From Candidatus Deferrimicrobiaceae bacterium (GTDB lineage Bacteria > Desulfobacterota > Deferrimicrobia > Deferrimicrobiales > Deferrimicrobiaceae): a DNA stretch of 64,000 nt. Position numbers and translations under genes: made by a program. The DNA lies in contig CAWBVY010000006.1 of the NCBI GenBank assembly GCA_963792415.1, positions 768,001 through 832,000 on the forward strand, in the 5' to 3' direction. The notes below the pieces were generated by a model. That model was given only the letters and a program-made list of their open reading frames with translations. It was not told the DNA's origin and ran no database searches. Within the stretch, counting starts at the first letter, position 1. Each line of letters begins with the position of its first letter. Of the stretch, positions 21,671 through 34,227 are shown piece by piece.

Positions 21671-21726
21671 CCGTGCCGTGTCCATCGCGGGCCCGCTCAC
21701 GCCAGGCCCCATGGCAACGTCGATAT

Positions 21727-21803
21727 TGGTGGGCCCACCTGGCCTCGAACCAGGGACCAACCGGTTATGAGCCGGTGGCTCTGACCAACTGAGCTATGGG
21801 CCC
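21727..21803 (-). tRNA. tRNA-Ile2 (CAU, lysidine-modified); elongator tRNA-Met not excluded
   Basis: GGGCCCATAGCTCAGTTGGTCAGAGCCACCGG-CTCATAA-CCGGTTGGTCCCTGGTTCGAGGCCAGGTGGGCCCACCA; encoded CCA; lies after rpoD like E. coli ileX. Confidence 0.9.
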
Positions 21804-21831
21804 AACACGAAGAACACACGTTCATCTTCTC

Positions 21832-21861
21832 ATTATCTTCCGCCCGCTTGCGGGGTGTCAA
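21832..21861 (-). promoter_or_regulatory. Putative sigma70 promoter for the tRNA
   Basis: TTGACA-N18-GATAAT on the minus strand. Confidence 0.5.
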
Positions 21862-21878
21862 CGCCGTCCGCCCCCTCA

Positions 21879-23669
<1,791 letters not shown>

Positions 23670-23684
23670 CTGCGCTTCACCTCA

Positions 23685-25436
23685 TCATCGGGATCTGCGT
23701 TCCGATTCCAGCCGCTCCAGCTCCCGCTTCGCGGCCACCACCCGGTCGAAGAGCAGCGAAGCCTCCTCGCCCGACGCACCCTTCACCTTCTCCTGCAACG
23801 CCTCGGTCTCCTCCCGCGCCCGGCGGATCCGGAGGGAAAGGACCGCCCCCGGGTAGCGCCTGCGCGCCTCCTCCGGGGAAACGTCCGCCAGCACGAGCTC
23901 GGCGGACAGGAGTTTTCGCGCGCCGTCGGGGAGCGATCCCCCCAGCGGGAACCCCGTCTCCCCGGGGGTCCGCTCGGCCAGATCCGCCAGGTACACAAGG
24001 GCTTCCCGGGCGTCCTCTCCGAGGAGAAGCTCCCCGACCCCGTCATCGCGCGCCGTGACGGCGAGGGAGGGATCCACGGCCAGCAACCGCAGGAGGTGGC
24101 TCTCCTCGCTGCGAAAATCCTTCCCCCGCGGCGGGGCGCCCTTTTCCGGAACGGTCGGGGTGGCCGACGGCCCGACCTGCCGGTGGATCGTCTCCACCGG
24201 GAGCCCCGAAGTCTGCGCCACCCGCTGCGCGTAAAGCTCGCGTTCGGCCGGATCGGTCACCCATCGAAGGTATTTCGCCATCAGTTGAACGTACGATAGT
24301 TTTCCGGAGATGGTCGCGAGATCGTACTTCCTGGAAGCCCCGCGCTCGATCGACTCCATGAGAGGAACCGCCCCCGCGATCCGCCGGTTCAACTCCTCCG
24401 GCGACGCCGCCTTCGCCCAGTCGTCCGGATCCATCCCCTTCGGTGGAAACAGGGCTTTCGGGCTCACCCTCGCCGCGTACAAAGGACCTCCGGACCGCAC
24501 CGCGGCCTTTTTCCCGGCCACGTCCCCATCGTAGAAGAGGATGACATTTTCCGACAAACGCTTCAGAGTTCTGGCGTGATTCTCCGTAAGCGAGGTCCCG
24601 CACGTCGCCACGACGCCGCGGACTCCCTTCTGCCAAAGGCCGATCAGGTCCATGTACCCCTCGACCACCAGCACGCGCCCCTCGCTCCGGAGGACCGGGA
24701 GCGCCTGGTACAGGCCGTACAGCAGGGAACTTTTCCGGTAGATCTCGGACTCGGGGGAATTGAGGTACTTCGGGACGGCGTCGTCCACCGCCCGACCCCC
24801 GAAACCGCAGATGCGACCCCTTGCGTCCCCGATCGGAAAGACCACGCGCCCCCGGAACCGCTCCCGGAACCCGCTCCCGGAAGGGAGCAGAAGGCCTGCC
24901 GCCTCGCCCCGGGCCGGGTCGATCCCCTCCCGCTTCAGCGCGGAGACCAGCTCGCCGCCCGTGCCGCACCAACCAAGGGCGAACTCCCGCTCGGCTTCGG
25001 GAGTCACGCCCCGCCGCCGGAGAAACTCCCTCCCGGCCTTCCCGGCGGGGGAGCCCAGAAGTTCCCGGTACGTGTCCGCCGCGAGGCGGAGAATGGCGTA
25101 TAGATCCTCTTTCGGCCGCGAGCGGACGGCCCCGCCCTCGTACCGGACCGCCACGCCGAACCGTTCCGCGAGTTCCTCGACCGAGTCCGCGAAGGAAAGA
25201 TTGCGCGCCTTCATCAGGAAGTGGAAGACCGATCCCCCTTCCTCGCAGCCGAAGCACTTGAACGCCTGCCGGGCGGGGTGGACGTAGAAGGACGGGGTCT
25301 TTTCCCGGTGGAAGGGGCACAGACCGCGAAAACTCGCCCCGGCCCGGGACAAAGGGACCGTCTCGGAGACCACCTCTACGATGTCCGCCCGGTCCCGTAC
25401 TTCCCGGATCGTGCTTTCGGAGATCCGACCTCCCAA
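23685..25436 (-). CDS. dnaG: DNA primase
   Basis: CPFH..CFGC zinc finger, KYLNSPE, EGYMD, YDGD. Confidence 0.97.
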   Translation of the reverse strand: MGGRISESTIREVRDRADIVEVVSETVPLSRAGASFRGLCPFHREKTPSFYVHPARQAFKCFGCEEGGSVFHFLMKARNLSFADSVEELAERFGVAVRYEGGAVRSRPKEDLYAILRLAADTYRELLGSPAGKAGREFLRRRGVTPEAEREFALGWCGTGGELVSALKREGIDPARGEAAGLLLPSGSGFRERFRGRVVFPIGDARGRICGFGGRAVDDAVPKYLNSPESEIYRKSSLLYGLYQALPVLRSEGRVLVVEGYMDLIGLWQKGVRGVVATCGTSLTENHARTLKRLSENVILFYDGDVAGKKAAVRSGGPLYAARVSPKALFPPKGMDPDDWAKAASPEELNRRIAGAVPLMESIERGASRKYDLATISGKLSYVQLMAKYLRWVTDPAERELYAQRVAQTSGLPVETIHRQVGPSATPTVPEKGAPPRGKDFRSEESHLLRLLAVDPSLAVTARDDGVGELLLGEDAREALVYLADLAERTPGETGFPLGGSLPDGARKLLSAELVLADVSPEEARRRYPGAVLSLRIRRAREETEALQEKVKGASGEEASLLFDRVVAAKRELERLESERRSR

Positions 25437-25453
25437 TAGTCTCCCCGGGACCG

Positions 25454-25924
25454 CTATCCCGCCAGGAGGCGTCGAACCGTTTCGCTGACCGCCTTGCCGT
25501 CGGCCCGGCCCGCCACCTTCGGCATGAGTGCCTTCATGACGCGTCCCATGTCGGACGGAAGCCCGGCCCCGGTCTCCGCGATCGCCTCACGCACGGCCGC
25601 CTCGATCTCCGCCGAGGTAAGCGCCTTCGGGAGGTAGCGATCGAGGATGACGATCTCGCTCTCCTCCTTCGCGGCAAGTTCCGGTCGGTTCCCCTGGAGG
25701 AACAACCCGATCGATTCGCGGCGCTGCTTGACCATCGCGGCGATCACCTTGAGGACCGCCTCCTCGGGGAGCGCTCCCCCCTGCGGCATCTCCTTCCGGG
25801 TGACCGCCTCGATCTCCCGATTCTGGACCGCAGCCACGGCCATCCGCAAAGCAGAAAGGGCCAAGGAGTTGCGCTCCTTGGCCGCCGTCTGCATATCCTT
25901 ATGCAACTGTTCCTTAAGTCCCAA
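25454..25924 (-). CDS. GatB/YqeY domain protein
   Basis: KQRRESI..F..GNRPELAAKE, DMGRVM, GRADGK; position between rpsU and dnaG. Confidence 0.92.
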   Translation of the reverse strand: MGLKEQLHKDMQTAAKERNSLALSALRMAVAAVQNREIEAVTRKEMPQGGALPEEAVLKVIAAMVKQRRESIGLFLQGNRPELAAKEESEIVILDRYLPKALTSAEIEAAVREAIAETGAGLPSDMGRVMKALMPKVAGRADGKAVSETVRRLLAG

Positions 25925-25931
25925 TCCGTGC

Positions 25932-26129
25932 CTACCTGACCATCTTCTTCAATTTCTTCAACGCGCGCTTCCTGGCCGCCAGCGTCTTCTTCTTCTTCTT
26001 GACGCTGGGCTTTTCATAATGTTCCCGCTTGCGGATTTCCGAAAGGATCCCGGCCTTCTCGCACTGCTTCTTGAATCGCTTCAGTACGCTCTCGAAGGGC
26101 TCCTCTTCCTTCACGCGGACGCCCGGCAT
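25932..26129 (-). CDS. rpsU: 30S ribosomal protein S21
   Basis: [27 protein letters not shown]. Confidence 0.97.
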   Translation of the reverse strand: MPGVRVKEEEPFESVLKRFKKQCEKAGILSEIRKREHYEKPSVKKKKKTLAARKRALKKLKKMVR

Positions 26130-26176
26130 GGTTGGATCACCCCTTCCCTTGCCAAGTAACAGCCGAAAATTATAGT

Positions 26177-26204
26177 ATTATACACCTGTTCCACAATTCG
26201 TCAA
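26177..26204 (-). promoter_or_regulatory. Sigma70 promoter of rpsU-yqeY-dnaG-rpoD
   Basis: TTGACG-N16-TATAAT; second TATAAT at 26169-26174; AT-rich island. Confidence 0.7.
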
Positions 26205-26220
26205 TAAAGTTCCTTCCGCG

Positions 26221-26568
26221 TCAACCCAGTCCGGGAGCCAGGGGGCGACCGCCGACGAGGTGAAAGTGCAGGTGAGGGACGACCTGCCCCCCCTGCTCCC
26301 CGTTGTTCACCACGACCCGGTATCCCGACTCGGCGACGCCCCGTTCGTCCGCGATCTTCGCCGCCAGGCGCAACGCCTTCCCGAGCACGGGGACGTCGTT
26401 CTTCCCCGCGTCGTTCAGGTTGACCATGTGCTCCTTCGGGACGATGAGCACGTGGACCGGCGCCACCGGGTGGATGTCGTCGAAGGCGAGCAGGTCGTGG
26501 TCCTCGTACACGGGTTGCGTCGGAACCTCTTTCCGCGCGATCTTGCAGAAAATGCACTCGTCATTCAT
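26221..26568 (-). CDS. Histidine triad (HIT) nucleotide-binding protein
   Basis: [23 protein letters not shown]. Confidence 0.95.
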   Translation of the reverse strand: MNDECIFCKIARKEVPTQPVYEDHDLLAFDDIHPVAPVHVLIVPKEHMVNLNDAGKNDVPVLGKALRLAAKIADERGVAESGYRVVVNNGEQGGQVVPHLHFHLVGGRPLAPGLG

Positions 26569-26914
26569 TCGATTTCCCCCCTCGCCGATATGCGCTGCGA
26601 TAAAAGCACGTCCGTTCCCCCGTGTGGCACGCGGCGCCCTTCTGCCGGACACGGTACAGCAATGTGTCGACGTCGCAGTCGTAGAGGATCTCCTCCACGT
26701 CCTGGAAATGACCCGACGTTTCCCCCTTCACCCAAAGGGACTTCCTGGAACGGCTCCAGTAGGTCGCGTGCCCCCCGGCGAAGGTGCTCCGGATCGCCGC
26801 CGCGTTCGCCCACGCCACCATGAGAACCACGTTGTCGCTTACGTCCTGCGTGACGACCGGAACCAGCCCCCGGTCGTCGAACTTGACCTGCCCGATCAAA
26901 TCTTCCGCCGTCAT
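26561..26914 (-). CDS. hisI: Phosphoribosyl-AMP cyclohydrolase (monofunctional)
   Basis: [27 protein letters not shown]; no HisE domain. Confidence 0.95.
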   Translation of the reverse strand: MTAEDLIGQVKFDDRGLVPVVTQDVSDNVVLMVAWANAAAIRSTFAGGHATYWSRSRKSLWVKGETSGHFQDVEEILYDCDVDTLLYRVRQKGAACHTGERTCFYRSAYRRGGKSNE

Positions 26915-27705
26915 CGTCCCTCCCCTGGGCGTCTCCCCGCGGCCGGCCGTACGCGCACGCCGTGGCGCCGGAGATATTCCTTCGCCTCCCCCACGGTGTG
27001 CTCCCCGTAGTGAAAGATGGAGGCCGCGAGCACCGCGTCCGCCCCCCCCGCCGTCACCCCTTCCAGCAGATGCTCGAGCGTCCCCACCCCGCCCGAGGCG
27101 ATCACGGGGATGCGAACAGCGTCGGCGATCGCGCGCGTCAACGGGATGTCGTAGCCGTCCCGGGTTCCGTCGCGGTCCATGCTGGTCAGCAGGATCTCGC
27201 CGGAGCCGCACGCATCCATCCGCCGGGCCCACGCCACCGCGTCCAGACCCGTGGGGGTGCGCCCTCCGTGGGTGTACACCTCCCACTCCCCCGACCGGCC
27301 CGCCACCGCGCGAGCGTCGATCGCAACCACCGTGCACTGACTCCCGAACCGCTCGGCCGCGCGGCGGACGAAGTCGGGATCGGCGACGGCGGCCGTGTTG
27401 ATCGACACCTTGTCGGCCCCCGCGAGCAGCAGACTCCGGATGTCCTCGATCGTGCGGATCCCGCCGCCCACGGTGAGCGGCATGAAGACCTGTTCCGCTG
27501 TTTTCCGCACGACGTCGATCAGGATATCCCTCTTCTCGTGGGACGCCGTTATATCGAGAAAGACGAGCTCGTCCGCCTCTTCGCGGTCGTATCGCCGTGC
27601 GATCTCCACCGGGTCTCCGGCGTCCCGCAGGTCCACGAACCGGACACCCTTGACGACACGGCCGTCCTTCACGTCCAGGCACGGGATGATCCGCTTGGAC
27701 AGCAT
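26911..27705 (-). CDS. hisF: Imidazole glycerol phosphate synthase, cyclase subunit
   Basis: [32 protein letters not shown]. Confidence 0.97.
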   Translation of the reverse strand: MLSKRIIPCLDVKDGRVVKGVRFVDLRDAGDPVEIARRYDREEADELVFLDITASHEKRDILIDVVRKTAEQVFMPLTVGGGIRTIEDIRSLLLAGADKVSINTAAVADPDFVRRAAERFGSQCTVVAIDARAVAGRSGEWEVYTHGGRTPTGLDAVAWARRMDACGSGEILLTSMDRDGTRDGYDIPLTRAIADAVRIPVIASGGVGTLEHLLEGVTAGGADAVLAASIFHYGEHTVGEAKEYLRRHGVRVRPAAGRRPGEGR

Positions 27706-27719
27706 TCCCCGGAAAGACC

Positions 27720-28451
27720 CTATTCCCGCTCTGCCTTCAGCGCCTCGGCCAGATCGATCGAGCCGTCGTACAGGGCGCGGCCGATGATCGCGCCGGCCAC
27801 CCCTTCGCCCTCCATCCCCTTGAGCCTGCGGAGGTCGTCGAGGGTGGTCACGCCTCCGGAGGCGATCACCGGAGTGGAGACGCCGTTCGCGAAATCGCGG
27901 ATGGCGTCGAAGTTGGGACCCACCATCATCCCGTCGCGCGCGATGTCGGTATAGATGAAGCAGGAGACGCCGCCCTCCTCGATCTGGCGAGCGAGCTCCA
28001 CCGCGATGACGCCGGTCACCTCCACCCACCCGCGGATCGCCACGCGACCGTCGCGCGCGTCGATCCCCGCGGCAACCTTCCCCGGGTAGGCGCGGGTGAT
28101 CCGGGTTACCTCCTCGGGGCTCCGCACAATCGAAGTCCCCAGGATCACCCGGGACACGCCCGCGGCGAAGTACCGGGACGCCGAATCGTAATTCCGCACG
28201 CCGCCTCCCACCTGTACCGGCACGCCCGCCCCGGAGGCGATGCGGCAGATGATCTCCGCGTTCACCGGTTTTCCGAGAAACGCCCCGTCCAGATCCACCA
28301 CGTGGATGCTGGACGCCCCCGCGGCGACGAAGCGTCGGGCCACCTCCAGCGGCGAGTCCGAGAAGACCGTGGCGTCCTCGGCGCGTCCCTGGCGCAGCCG
28401 GACCGCCTTCCCCCCCTGGATGTCGATCGCCGGAATGACCTGGAACGGCAA
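27720..28451 (-). CDS. hisA: ProFAR isomerase
   Basis: [34 protein letters not shown]. Confidence 0.96.
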   Translation of the reverse strand: MPFQVIPAIDIQGGKAVRLRQGRAEDATVFSDSPLEVARRFVAAGASSIHVVDLDGAFLGKPVNAEIICRIASGAGVPVQVGGGVRNYDSASRYFAAGVSRVILGTSIVRSPEEVTRITRAYPGKVAAGIDARDGRVAIRGWVEVTGVIAVELARQIEEGGVSCFIYTDIARDGMMVGPNFDAIRDFANGVSTPVIASGGVTTLDDLRRLKGMEGEGVAGAIIGRALYDGSIDLAEALKAERE

Positions 28452-28462
28452 GGTTTCCCCTC

Positions 28463-29116
28463 TTATGCGGCTTCCGCGCAAAGGCGGCCGAAGTTCCCGA
28501 GGAGGCGCAGCCCCGCGGTCTGGCTCTTCTCCGGATGAAACTGCACGGCAAGGCGGTTCCCCCGGCTCACGGCGGCGGCGAACGGCACGCCGTACGTCGA
28601 TCGGCACGCCACGTCCCCGGGAACCTCCGGTGCGGCGTAATACGAGTGCACGAAGTAGAAGTGCGTCCCGGAAGGAATCCCACGGAAAACCGGGGGATCT
28701 CCGACCACTTCCACCTCGTTCCACCCCATGTGCGGCACCTTGAGGACACCCCCGTCCCGGGCCGGCATGTCGCCGGGGAACCGGACCACGTTTCCGCGGA
28801 AGAAGCCGATCCCCTCGTGGCGGCCGAACTCCTCGCTCCCGGAGAAGAGGAGCTGCATCCCCACGCAGATGCCCAGGAACGGCCGGTCCGAGGCAAGGTA
28901 TTCCCGAAGGAACGGCAGCAGCCCCTGGCGGACGACGTTCCCCATGCAGTCGCGGAACGCCCCCACGCCGGGAAAAACGATCCCGCGACAAGGGGAAAGC
29001 GCCCTCGGGTCTCCGCTGACCAGGGTCGGGAAACCGAGGGACTCGAGGGCCTTGCTCACGCTGCGCAGGTTCCCCATCCCGTAGTCCACCACGCCGATGG
29101 CGGATCCCCGCGTCAT
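28463..29116 (-). CDS. hisH: Imidazole glycerol phosphate synthase, glutaminase subunit
   Basis: [27 protein letters not shown]. Confidence 0.97.
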   Translation of the reverse strand: MTRGSAIGVVDYGMGNLRSVSKALESLGFPTLVSGDPRALSPCRGIVFPGVGAFRDCMGNVVRQGLLPFLREYLASDRPFLGICVGMQLLFSGSEEFGRHEGIGFFRGNVVRFPGDMPARDGGVLKVPHMGWNEVEVVGDPPVFRGIPSGTHFYFVHSYYAAPEVPGDVACRSTYGVPFAAAVSRGNRLAVQFHPEKSQTAGLRLLGNFGRLCAEAA

Positions 29117-29129
29117 GAAGCCCGCCCTT

Positions 29130-29723
29130 TCACCCGAGAATGCCCTTCGTGGAGGGCACGCCCTTGACGCGCGGATCGATTTCGACCGCCGCCGACATGG
29201 CGCGCCCGAGCGCCTTGAACACCGCCTCGACGGTGTGGTGCGCGTTGGAGCCGTACGCGACGTTCACGTGCAGACAGACACCGGACGACTGGGCGAAAGC
29301 CCGGAGGAACTCTTCCACGAGCTCGACGTCGAACGTCCCCACCTTCTCGTTCCCGAGGGGGGAGTTGTAGACCAGGTGTGGCCGCGCGGAGACATCGACC
29401 GTCACCGCCGCCAGCGCCTCGATCATCGGCACGACCGCGTGCCCGTACCGGCGGATCCCCCTCATGTCCCCCAGGGCCCGGCGGAACGCTTCCCCGAGGC
29501 AGATCCCCACGTCCTCCACCACGTGGTGGAAGTCGACCTCGACGTCCCCCTTCGCCGCGATCGTCAGATCGAACAGCCCGTGACGCGAGAACAGCGTCAG
29601 CATGTGGTCGAGGAAGGGAACCCCCGTGCCGATCTTTCCAGACCCATCCCCCGAAAGCCGCAGGGAGAGCTTGATCCGGGTCTCCTTCGTGGTTCGCTCG
29701 ACCTGACCTTCCCGGATCATCAC
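29130..29723 (-). CDS. hisB: Imidazoleglycerol-phosphate dehydratase (monofunctional)
   Basis: RTTKET, FLDHML, DFHHVVED, NAHHTVE, PSTKG. Confidence 0.97.
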   Translation of the reverse strand: MMIREGQVERTTKETRIKLSLRLSGDGSGKIGTGVPFLDHMLTLFSRHGLFDLTIAAKGDVEVDFHHVVEDVGICLGEAFRRALGDMRGIRRYGHAVVPMIEALAAVTVDVSARPHLVYNSPLGNEKVGTFDVELVEEFLRAFAQSSGVCLHVNVAYGSNAHHTVEAVFKALGRAMSAAVEIDPRVKGVPSTKGILG

Positions 29724-31015
29724 CGCTTCCCCCTTCCACGGGTGCGCATCAGGACCGCCTCCGCGTGCGCGGCCAGTCCCTCCTTCCGGGCGAGCCGCAC
29801 CACATGCGGCGCGTCGGAGCGGAGCGCTGAAACATCGTATGATACCACGTTAATTTTCTTGAGGAAATCGGCAACTCCGAGGGGAGATGAAAACCGTGAC
29901 GCCCCGCCGGTCGGAAGGGTGTGGTTGATCCCGGCGACATAATCGCCCACGGCCACCGGGCTGAAGGGGCCAAGAAACGCGGTGCCCGCGTTGCGAATCC
30001 CCGAAAAGTCCTTCCACGGGTCCCGGGTCACGATGCTCAGGTGCTCCGGCGCGAGCCGGTTGACGACCTCGACCGACTCCCGGAGGGACCGCGTCAGAAA
30101 ACCCTCGGCGAGGGAAAGGGACGTCCGCAGGATTTCGCGGCGCGGAAGGGAGCGCACCTGCCGCGCCAGCTCCCGCTCCACCGCCGGGAGCAGCCCGCGC
30201 GAATTCGTCACCAGCGCCACGAAGGCATCCTCGTCGTGCTCCGCCTGCGAGAGAAGATCCGCCGCGACGTAGGCGGGAATCGCGGTCCGGTCCGCGAGCA
30301 CCACCAGTTCGCTCGGCCCCGCGAGCATGTCGATCCCGACGGCGCCGAAGACCTGACGCTTGGCTTCGGTGACGTAGGCGTTCCCGGGGCCCGCGATCAC
30401 GTCGACGCGCGGTACGGACTCCGTCCCGTAGGCGAGCGCGGCGATCGCCTGGGCGCCGCCGATGCGGTACAGCGCGGAAACGCCGGCGATCCGGGCGGCC
30501 GCCAGGACGACATCCGGGACCTTGCCGCCGGGGGCGGAGCACGCCGCGACAACCTCGGGGACCCCCGCCACGCGGGCAGGGAGGACGTTCATCAACAGGG
30601 TCGACGGGTATGCCGCCTTCCCCCCCGGCACATACACGCCGGCGCGGGCGACCGGCAGGACCCGCTGGCCGAGGGTCGCCCCGGAGAGGGAGACCCCGAA
30701 CCCTCCTTCGACCTGGCGCCGGTGAAACGCCTCGATCCGCTCCGCAGCCAGTTCGAGGGACCGACGCAACGCCGCCGGAACGCGCCGCCACGCCGCGTCG
30801 ATCTGCGACGGCGGAACGGCGAACCCCTTCTTCCCGGGGTCGAACCGGTCGAACCGTCGCGTGTACTCCGCCAACGCAGCGTCGCCGCCTTCCCGAACCT
30901 TCCGGAGAATTTCCCCGACCACCGGGGACACCTTCTCCGCTCCTACGGAACCCCGGGCCTCCGCCTTTCCAAGCGCCTCCCGGAATCCCGCCGTTCCCGA
31001 CCGGTGCCATCGCAT
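29720..31015 (-). CDS. hisD: Histidinol dehydrogenase
   Basis: YVPGGKAAYPST, GPGNAYV, IDMLAGPSE, QAEHD, APEHL, NHTLPT. Confidence 0.97.
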   Translation of the reverse strand: MRWHRSGTAGFREALGKAEARGSVGAEKVSPVVGEILRKVREGGDAALAEYTRRFDRFDPGKKGFAVPPSQIDAAWRRVPAALRRSLELAAERIEAFHRRQVEGGFGVSLSGATLGQRVLPVARAGVYVPGGKAAYPSTLLMNVLPARVAGVPEVVAACSAPGGKVPDVVLAAARIAGVSALYRIGGAQAIAALAYGTESVPRVDVIAGPGNAYVTEAKRQVFGAVGIDMLAGPSELVVLADRTAIPAYVAADLLSQAEHDEDAFVALVTNSRGLLPAVERELARQVRSLPRREILRTSLSLAEGFLTRSLRESVEVVNRLAPEHLSIVTRDPWKDFSGIRNAGTAFLGPFSPVAVGDYVAGINHTLPTGGASRFSSPLGVADFLKKINVVSYDVSALRSDAPHVVRLARKEGLAAHAEAVLMRTRGRGKR

Positions 31016-31027
31016 GCGTCCCGCCTC

Positions 31028-32299
31028 CTATTCCTTCACCCGGGTGATGTCGGCGCCCAGGGAGGAGAGCCTGTGTTCCAGCGCCTCGTACCCGCGGTCG
31101 AGGTGGTAGATCCGGAGCACCTCGGTCGTCCCCGACGCGGCAAGCCCCGCCAGCACCAGCGAAGCCGAGGCGCGAAGGTCGGTCGCCATCAGCGGCGCAC
31201 CGGAAAGCGCCGGAACCCCCTTCACCGCGGCCGTGTTCCCCGAAACGTCGATCCTCGCGCCCATCCGCCGCAGTTCGGCCACGTGCATGAACCGGTTCTC
31301 GAAGATCGTCTCGGAAATGATGCTGAACCCGTCCCCCAGGCACATGTAGGCCGAGAACTGCGCCTGCACGTCCGTGGGGAAGCCGGGGTACGGGGCGGTC
31401 TTGACGTTCACGGAACGGATCGACCCCTCCCTGCGGAGGCGCACCCCCCCGGGGACGGAATCCACTTCGGCCCCGGACCTCCGGAGCTTTTCGACGACGG
31501 CGTTCATCGACGAGGCGTCCGCGCCCAGCGCCGTCACGTCTCCGCCCGTGATCGCGCCGGCCAGAAGCAGTGTCGCCGCCTCGATCCGGTCCGCCATCAC
31601 CTCGTGGCGCGCTCCGTGGAGGGAACGAACCCCCCGGACCACGATCTCGTCGGTGCCCTCCCCCTCGATGTCGGCCCCCATCGCGCGCAGCAGACGCGCG
31701 AGGTCGCACACCTCGGGCTCCAGCGCCGCGTTCGAAAGGACGGTCGTCCCCTCGGCGAGGGAGGCGGCCATCATCAGGTTCTCCGTACCCGTGACGGTCT
31801 TCATGTCGAAGGTGATGGCGGCGCCCGAAAGCCGATCCGCCGACGCCTCGATGTACCCCTTGGAAAGGGAGGTTCTCGCCCCCATGAGCTCCAACCCCCG
31901 CAGATGCTGGTCGATCGGTCGTGCACCGATCGCGCATCCCCCGGGGAGGGAGATCCGGGCCCGTCCATGCCGGGCGAGCAGCGGCCCGAGGACCAGGACC
32001 GACGCGCGCATCGTCTTCACGAGCTCGTAGGGCGCCTCGGCGTTCCGGGCATCCCCGGGCGCGATCCTCAATACCTCGGGCCCGTCCGCGCCGCCGCCGT
32101 CGTGCGTGACCTCCGCGCCGAGAATCCCGAGAAGCTTCGAGAACGTGGCGATGTCCCGCAGCCGCGGCGCCCCGACGACTTCCACCGGCCCCTCCGCGAG
32201 CAGCGACGCCGCCATGGCCGGCAGCACGGCGTTTTTCGCCCCGGAGACACGGCAGGTCCCTGAAAGCCGCCTGCCGCCCTTGATCACGAAGATTTCCAG
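31028..32299 (-). CDS. murA: UDP-N-acetylglucosamine 1-carboxyvinyltransferase (probable CTG start)
   Basis: [26 protein letters not shown] (active-site Cys), DRIE, FPTD, DLRA. Confidence 0.96.
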   Translation of the reverse strand: MEIFVIKGGRRLSGTCRVSGAKNAVLPAMAASLLAEGPVEVVGAPRLRDIATFSKLLGILGAEVTHDGGGADGPEVLRIAPGDARNAEAPYELVKTMRASVLVLGPLLARHGRARISLPGGCAIGARPIDQHLRGLELMGARTSLSKGYIEASADRLSGAAITFDMKTVTGTENLMMAASLAEGTTVLSNAALEPEVCDLARLLRAMGADIEGEGTDEIVVRGVRSLHGARHEVMADRIEAATLLLAGAITGGDVTALGADASSMNAVVEKLRRSGAEVDSVPGGVRLRREGSIRSVNVKTAPYPGFPTDVQAQFSAYMCLGDGFSIISETIFENRFMHVAELRRMGARIDVSGNTAAVKGVPALSGAPLMATDLRASASLVLAGLAASGTTEVLRIYHLDRGYEALEHRLSSLGADITRVKE

Positions 32300-33159
32300 T
32301 GTCGGCGCTCCTGTCCCGGTTTTTCCCAGCCGATGTACCGGTCCCGCCCCGCGAGGTCCGGAAAGATCCCCAGCGGCCTGAGGGAACCGCATGGCAGCGC
32401 GGACGCCGCCTCCCCCTGCGAGGCGCCGATCTCGCACCAGAGCTCTCCGCCGGGCGACAGGAGCCCTGCGGCACCTGCGACCAGGGGCCGCAGGACCGAA
32501 AGACCGTCCTCTCCGGCAAGAAGCGCCCCCTGCGGTTCGTGGTCGCGCACCTCGGCCGGCAGGAGAGGCCACTCCCCCTCGGCGACATACGGAGGATTCG
32601 AGACCACTACAGCAAAACGGACCCCGCATTTCAAGGCGGAAAGCAGGTCGGTGCAGACGGGAAGGACACGGTCCGCCACGCCGTGGCGCGCCGCGTTCTC
32701 GCGCGCCTTCCGCAGGGCGCCGGGCGATATGTCGGTGGCCACGACTCGGGCGGCGGAAACCTCCGCGGCAAGGGTCACCGCGATCGCCCCGCTCCCGGTC
32801 CCCACGTCGAGCGCGAAGGGTCGCGCCGCCGGGGAACGTCGGAGGGCGGCCACCGCCCGTTCCGCGAGCCCCTCCGTCTCGGGCCGCGGGATGAGCGTGT
32901 CGGGGGAGAGCAGGAACTCCCTTCCGAAGAAATCCCAGGCGCCGAGAACGTATTGCAGCGGCTCGCCGCGCCCGCGACGCGCGATCAACGGGAGCAGCCG
33001 CGCCGAAGCGTCGCCGACGTCGCCGTCCATCGAAAGAAAGAGTCGGCTCCGGGGGATCCCGGTGATCGCGGAAACGAGGATCTCCGCCTCGCCGGGGGCG
33101 GCGTCCCGTACGCCCTCCATCTCCCGACGGCAGATCGCGAGGAGTTCCGAGAGGAGCAC
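32284..33159 (-). CDS. prmC: Release factor glutamine methyltransferase PrmC (HemK)
   Basis: [26 protein letters not shown]. Confidence 0.96.
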   Translation of the reverse strand: MLLSELLAICRREMEGVRDAAPGEAEILVSAITGIPRSRLFLSMDGDVGDASARLLPLIARRGRGEPLQYVLGAWDFFGREFLLSPDTLIPRPETEGLAERAVAALRRSPAARPFALDVGTGSGAIAVTLAAEVSAARVVATDISPGALRKARENAARHGVADRVLPVCTDLLSALKCGVRFAVVVSNPPYVAEGEWPLLPAEVRDHEPQGALLAGEDGLSVLRPLVAGAAGLLSPGGELWCEIGASQGEAASALPCGSLRPLGIFPDLAGRDRYIGWEKPGQERRHWKSS

Positions 33160-34227
33160 TTAACCGGTTTTGCGGAGCGCCTCGACCTGGGCCTGCGACG
33201 TCAGGGCGTCGATGAAGGGGTCGAATCCGCCGTCGAGCACCGCGGAGAGCTGGTGCAACGTAAGGCCGATCCGGTGGTCGGTCACGCGATTCTGGGGGAA
33301 ATTGTAGGTGCGGATCCGCTCGCTGCGATCTCCGGTTCCCACCTGCGAGCGGCGCAGATCGGCCCGCTCGGACTGGCGTTTCGCCATCTCCGCGTCGTAG
33401 AGGCGCGAGCGGAGGATCTTCAGTGCCTTCGCCTTGTTCTTCAGCTGGGACTTCTCGTCCTGGCACTGGACGACGAGCCCCGTGGGAACGTGCGTGATGC
33501 GCACCGCGGAGTCGGTGGTGTTGACGCTCTGGCCTCCGGGACCGGAGGAGCGGAAGACGTCGACCCGGAGGTCGTCCGGCTGGATCTGGACGTCCACTTC
33601 TTCCGCCTCGGGCATCACCGCCACGGTCACCGTGGAGGTGTGGATCCGCCCCCCGGCCTCCGTCGCCGGCACACGCTGTACCCGGTGGACGCCGCTTTCG
33701 TACTTCAGGCGGCTGTACGCCCCTCGCCCCTCGATCATGGCGATCACTTCCTTCGTCCCCCCCAGCCCCGTCTCGCTGCGGGAGAGAATCTCTACCTTCC
33801 AGCGCTTGGAGTCGGCGTACATCCCGTAGGCCCGGAAGAGCTCCCCCGCGAAGGCGGACGCTTCGTCTCCCCCGGCGCCGGCGCGAATCTCGATGAGGAT
33901 GTTCTTTTCGTCGTTGGGGTCCTTCGGCACGAGCAGGGCGCGGATCTCCTCGGCGAGGCGACCCATTTCCGAGGTCAACCGGTCGATCTCCTCGCGGACC
34001 ATCGCCTTCATCGCGGGATCGGTCTCGCCGTCCTGGAGGGCACGGTTGTCGGAGAGCTCCTGCTCGATCTTCCTGTACCGCGCGTGGGCCGCCGCCACCG
34101 GGCGCAGGTCGGCGAGCTCCCGCCCGACCCGCTGCATCTCCCGCGGGTTCCCCGTGACCGACGGGTCCGACAGCAGCCGCTCCAGCTCCGGTATCCTCGC
34201 CACGACCGATTCCAGCTTATCCCACAA
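33160..34227 (-). CDS. prfA: Peptide chain release factor 1
   Basis: PAT (PxT) motif, [13 protein letters not shown]; TTG start. Confidence 0.97.
   Translation of the reverse strand: MWDKLESVVARIPELERLLSDPSVTGNPREMQRVGRELADLRPVAAAHARYRKIEQELSDNRALQDGETDPAMKAMVREEIDRLTSEMGRLAEEIRALLVPKDPNDEKNILIEIRAGAGGDEASAFAGELFRAYGMYADSKRWKVEILSRSETGLGGTKEVIAMIEGRGAYSRLKYESGVHRVQRVPATEAGGRIHTSTVTVAVMPEAEEVDVQIQPDDLRVDVFRSSGPGGQSVNTTDSAVRITHVPTGLVVQCQDEKSQLKNKAKALKILRSRLYDAEMAKRQSERADLRRSQVGTGDRSERIRTYNFPQNRVTDHRIGLTLHQLSAVLDGGFDPFIDALTSQAQVEALRKTG

Noticed and set aside
21671-21803. tRNA as an integration site for a genomic island
   Set aside because: No duplicated tRNA 3' end, integrase or compositional shift is visible; housekeeping genes follow directly.
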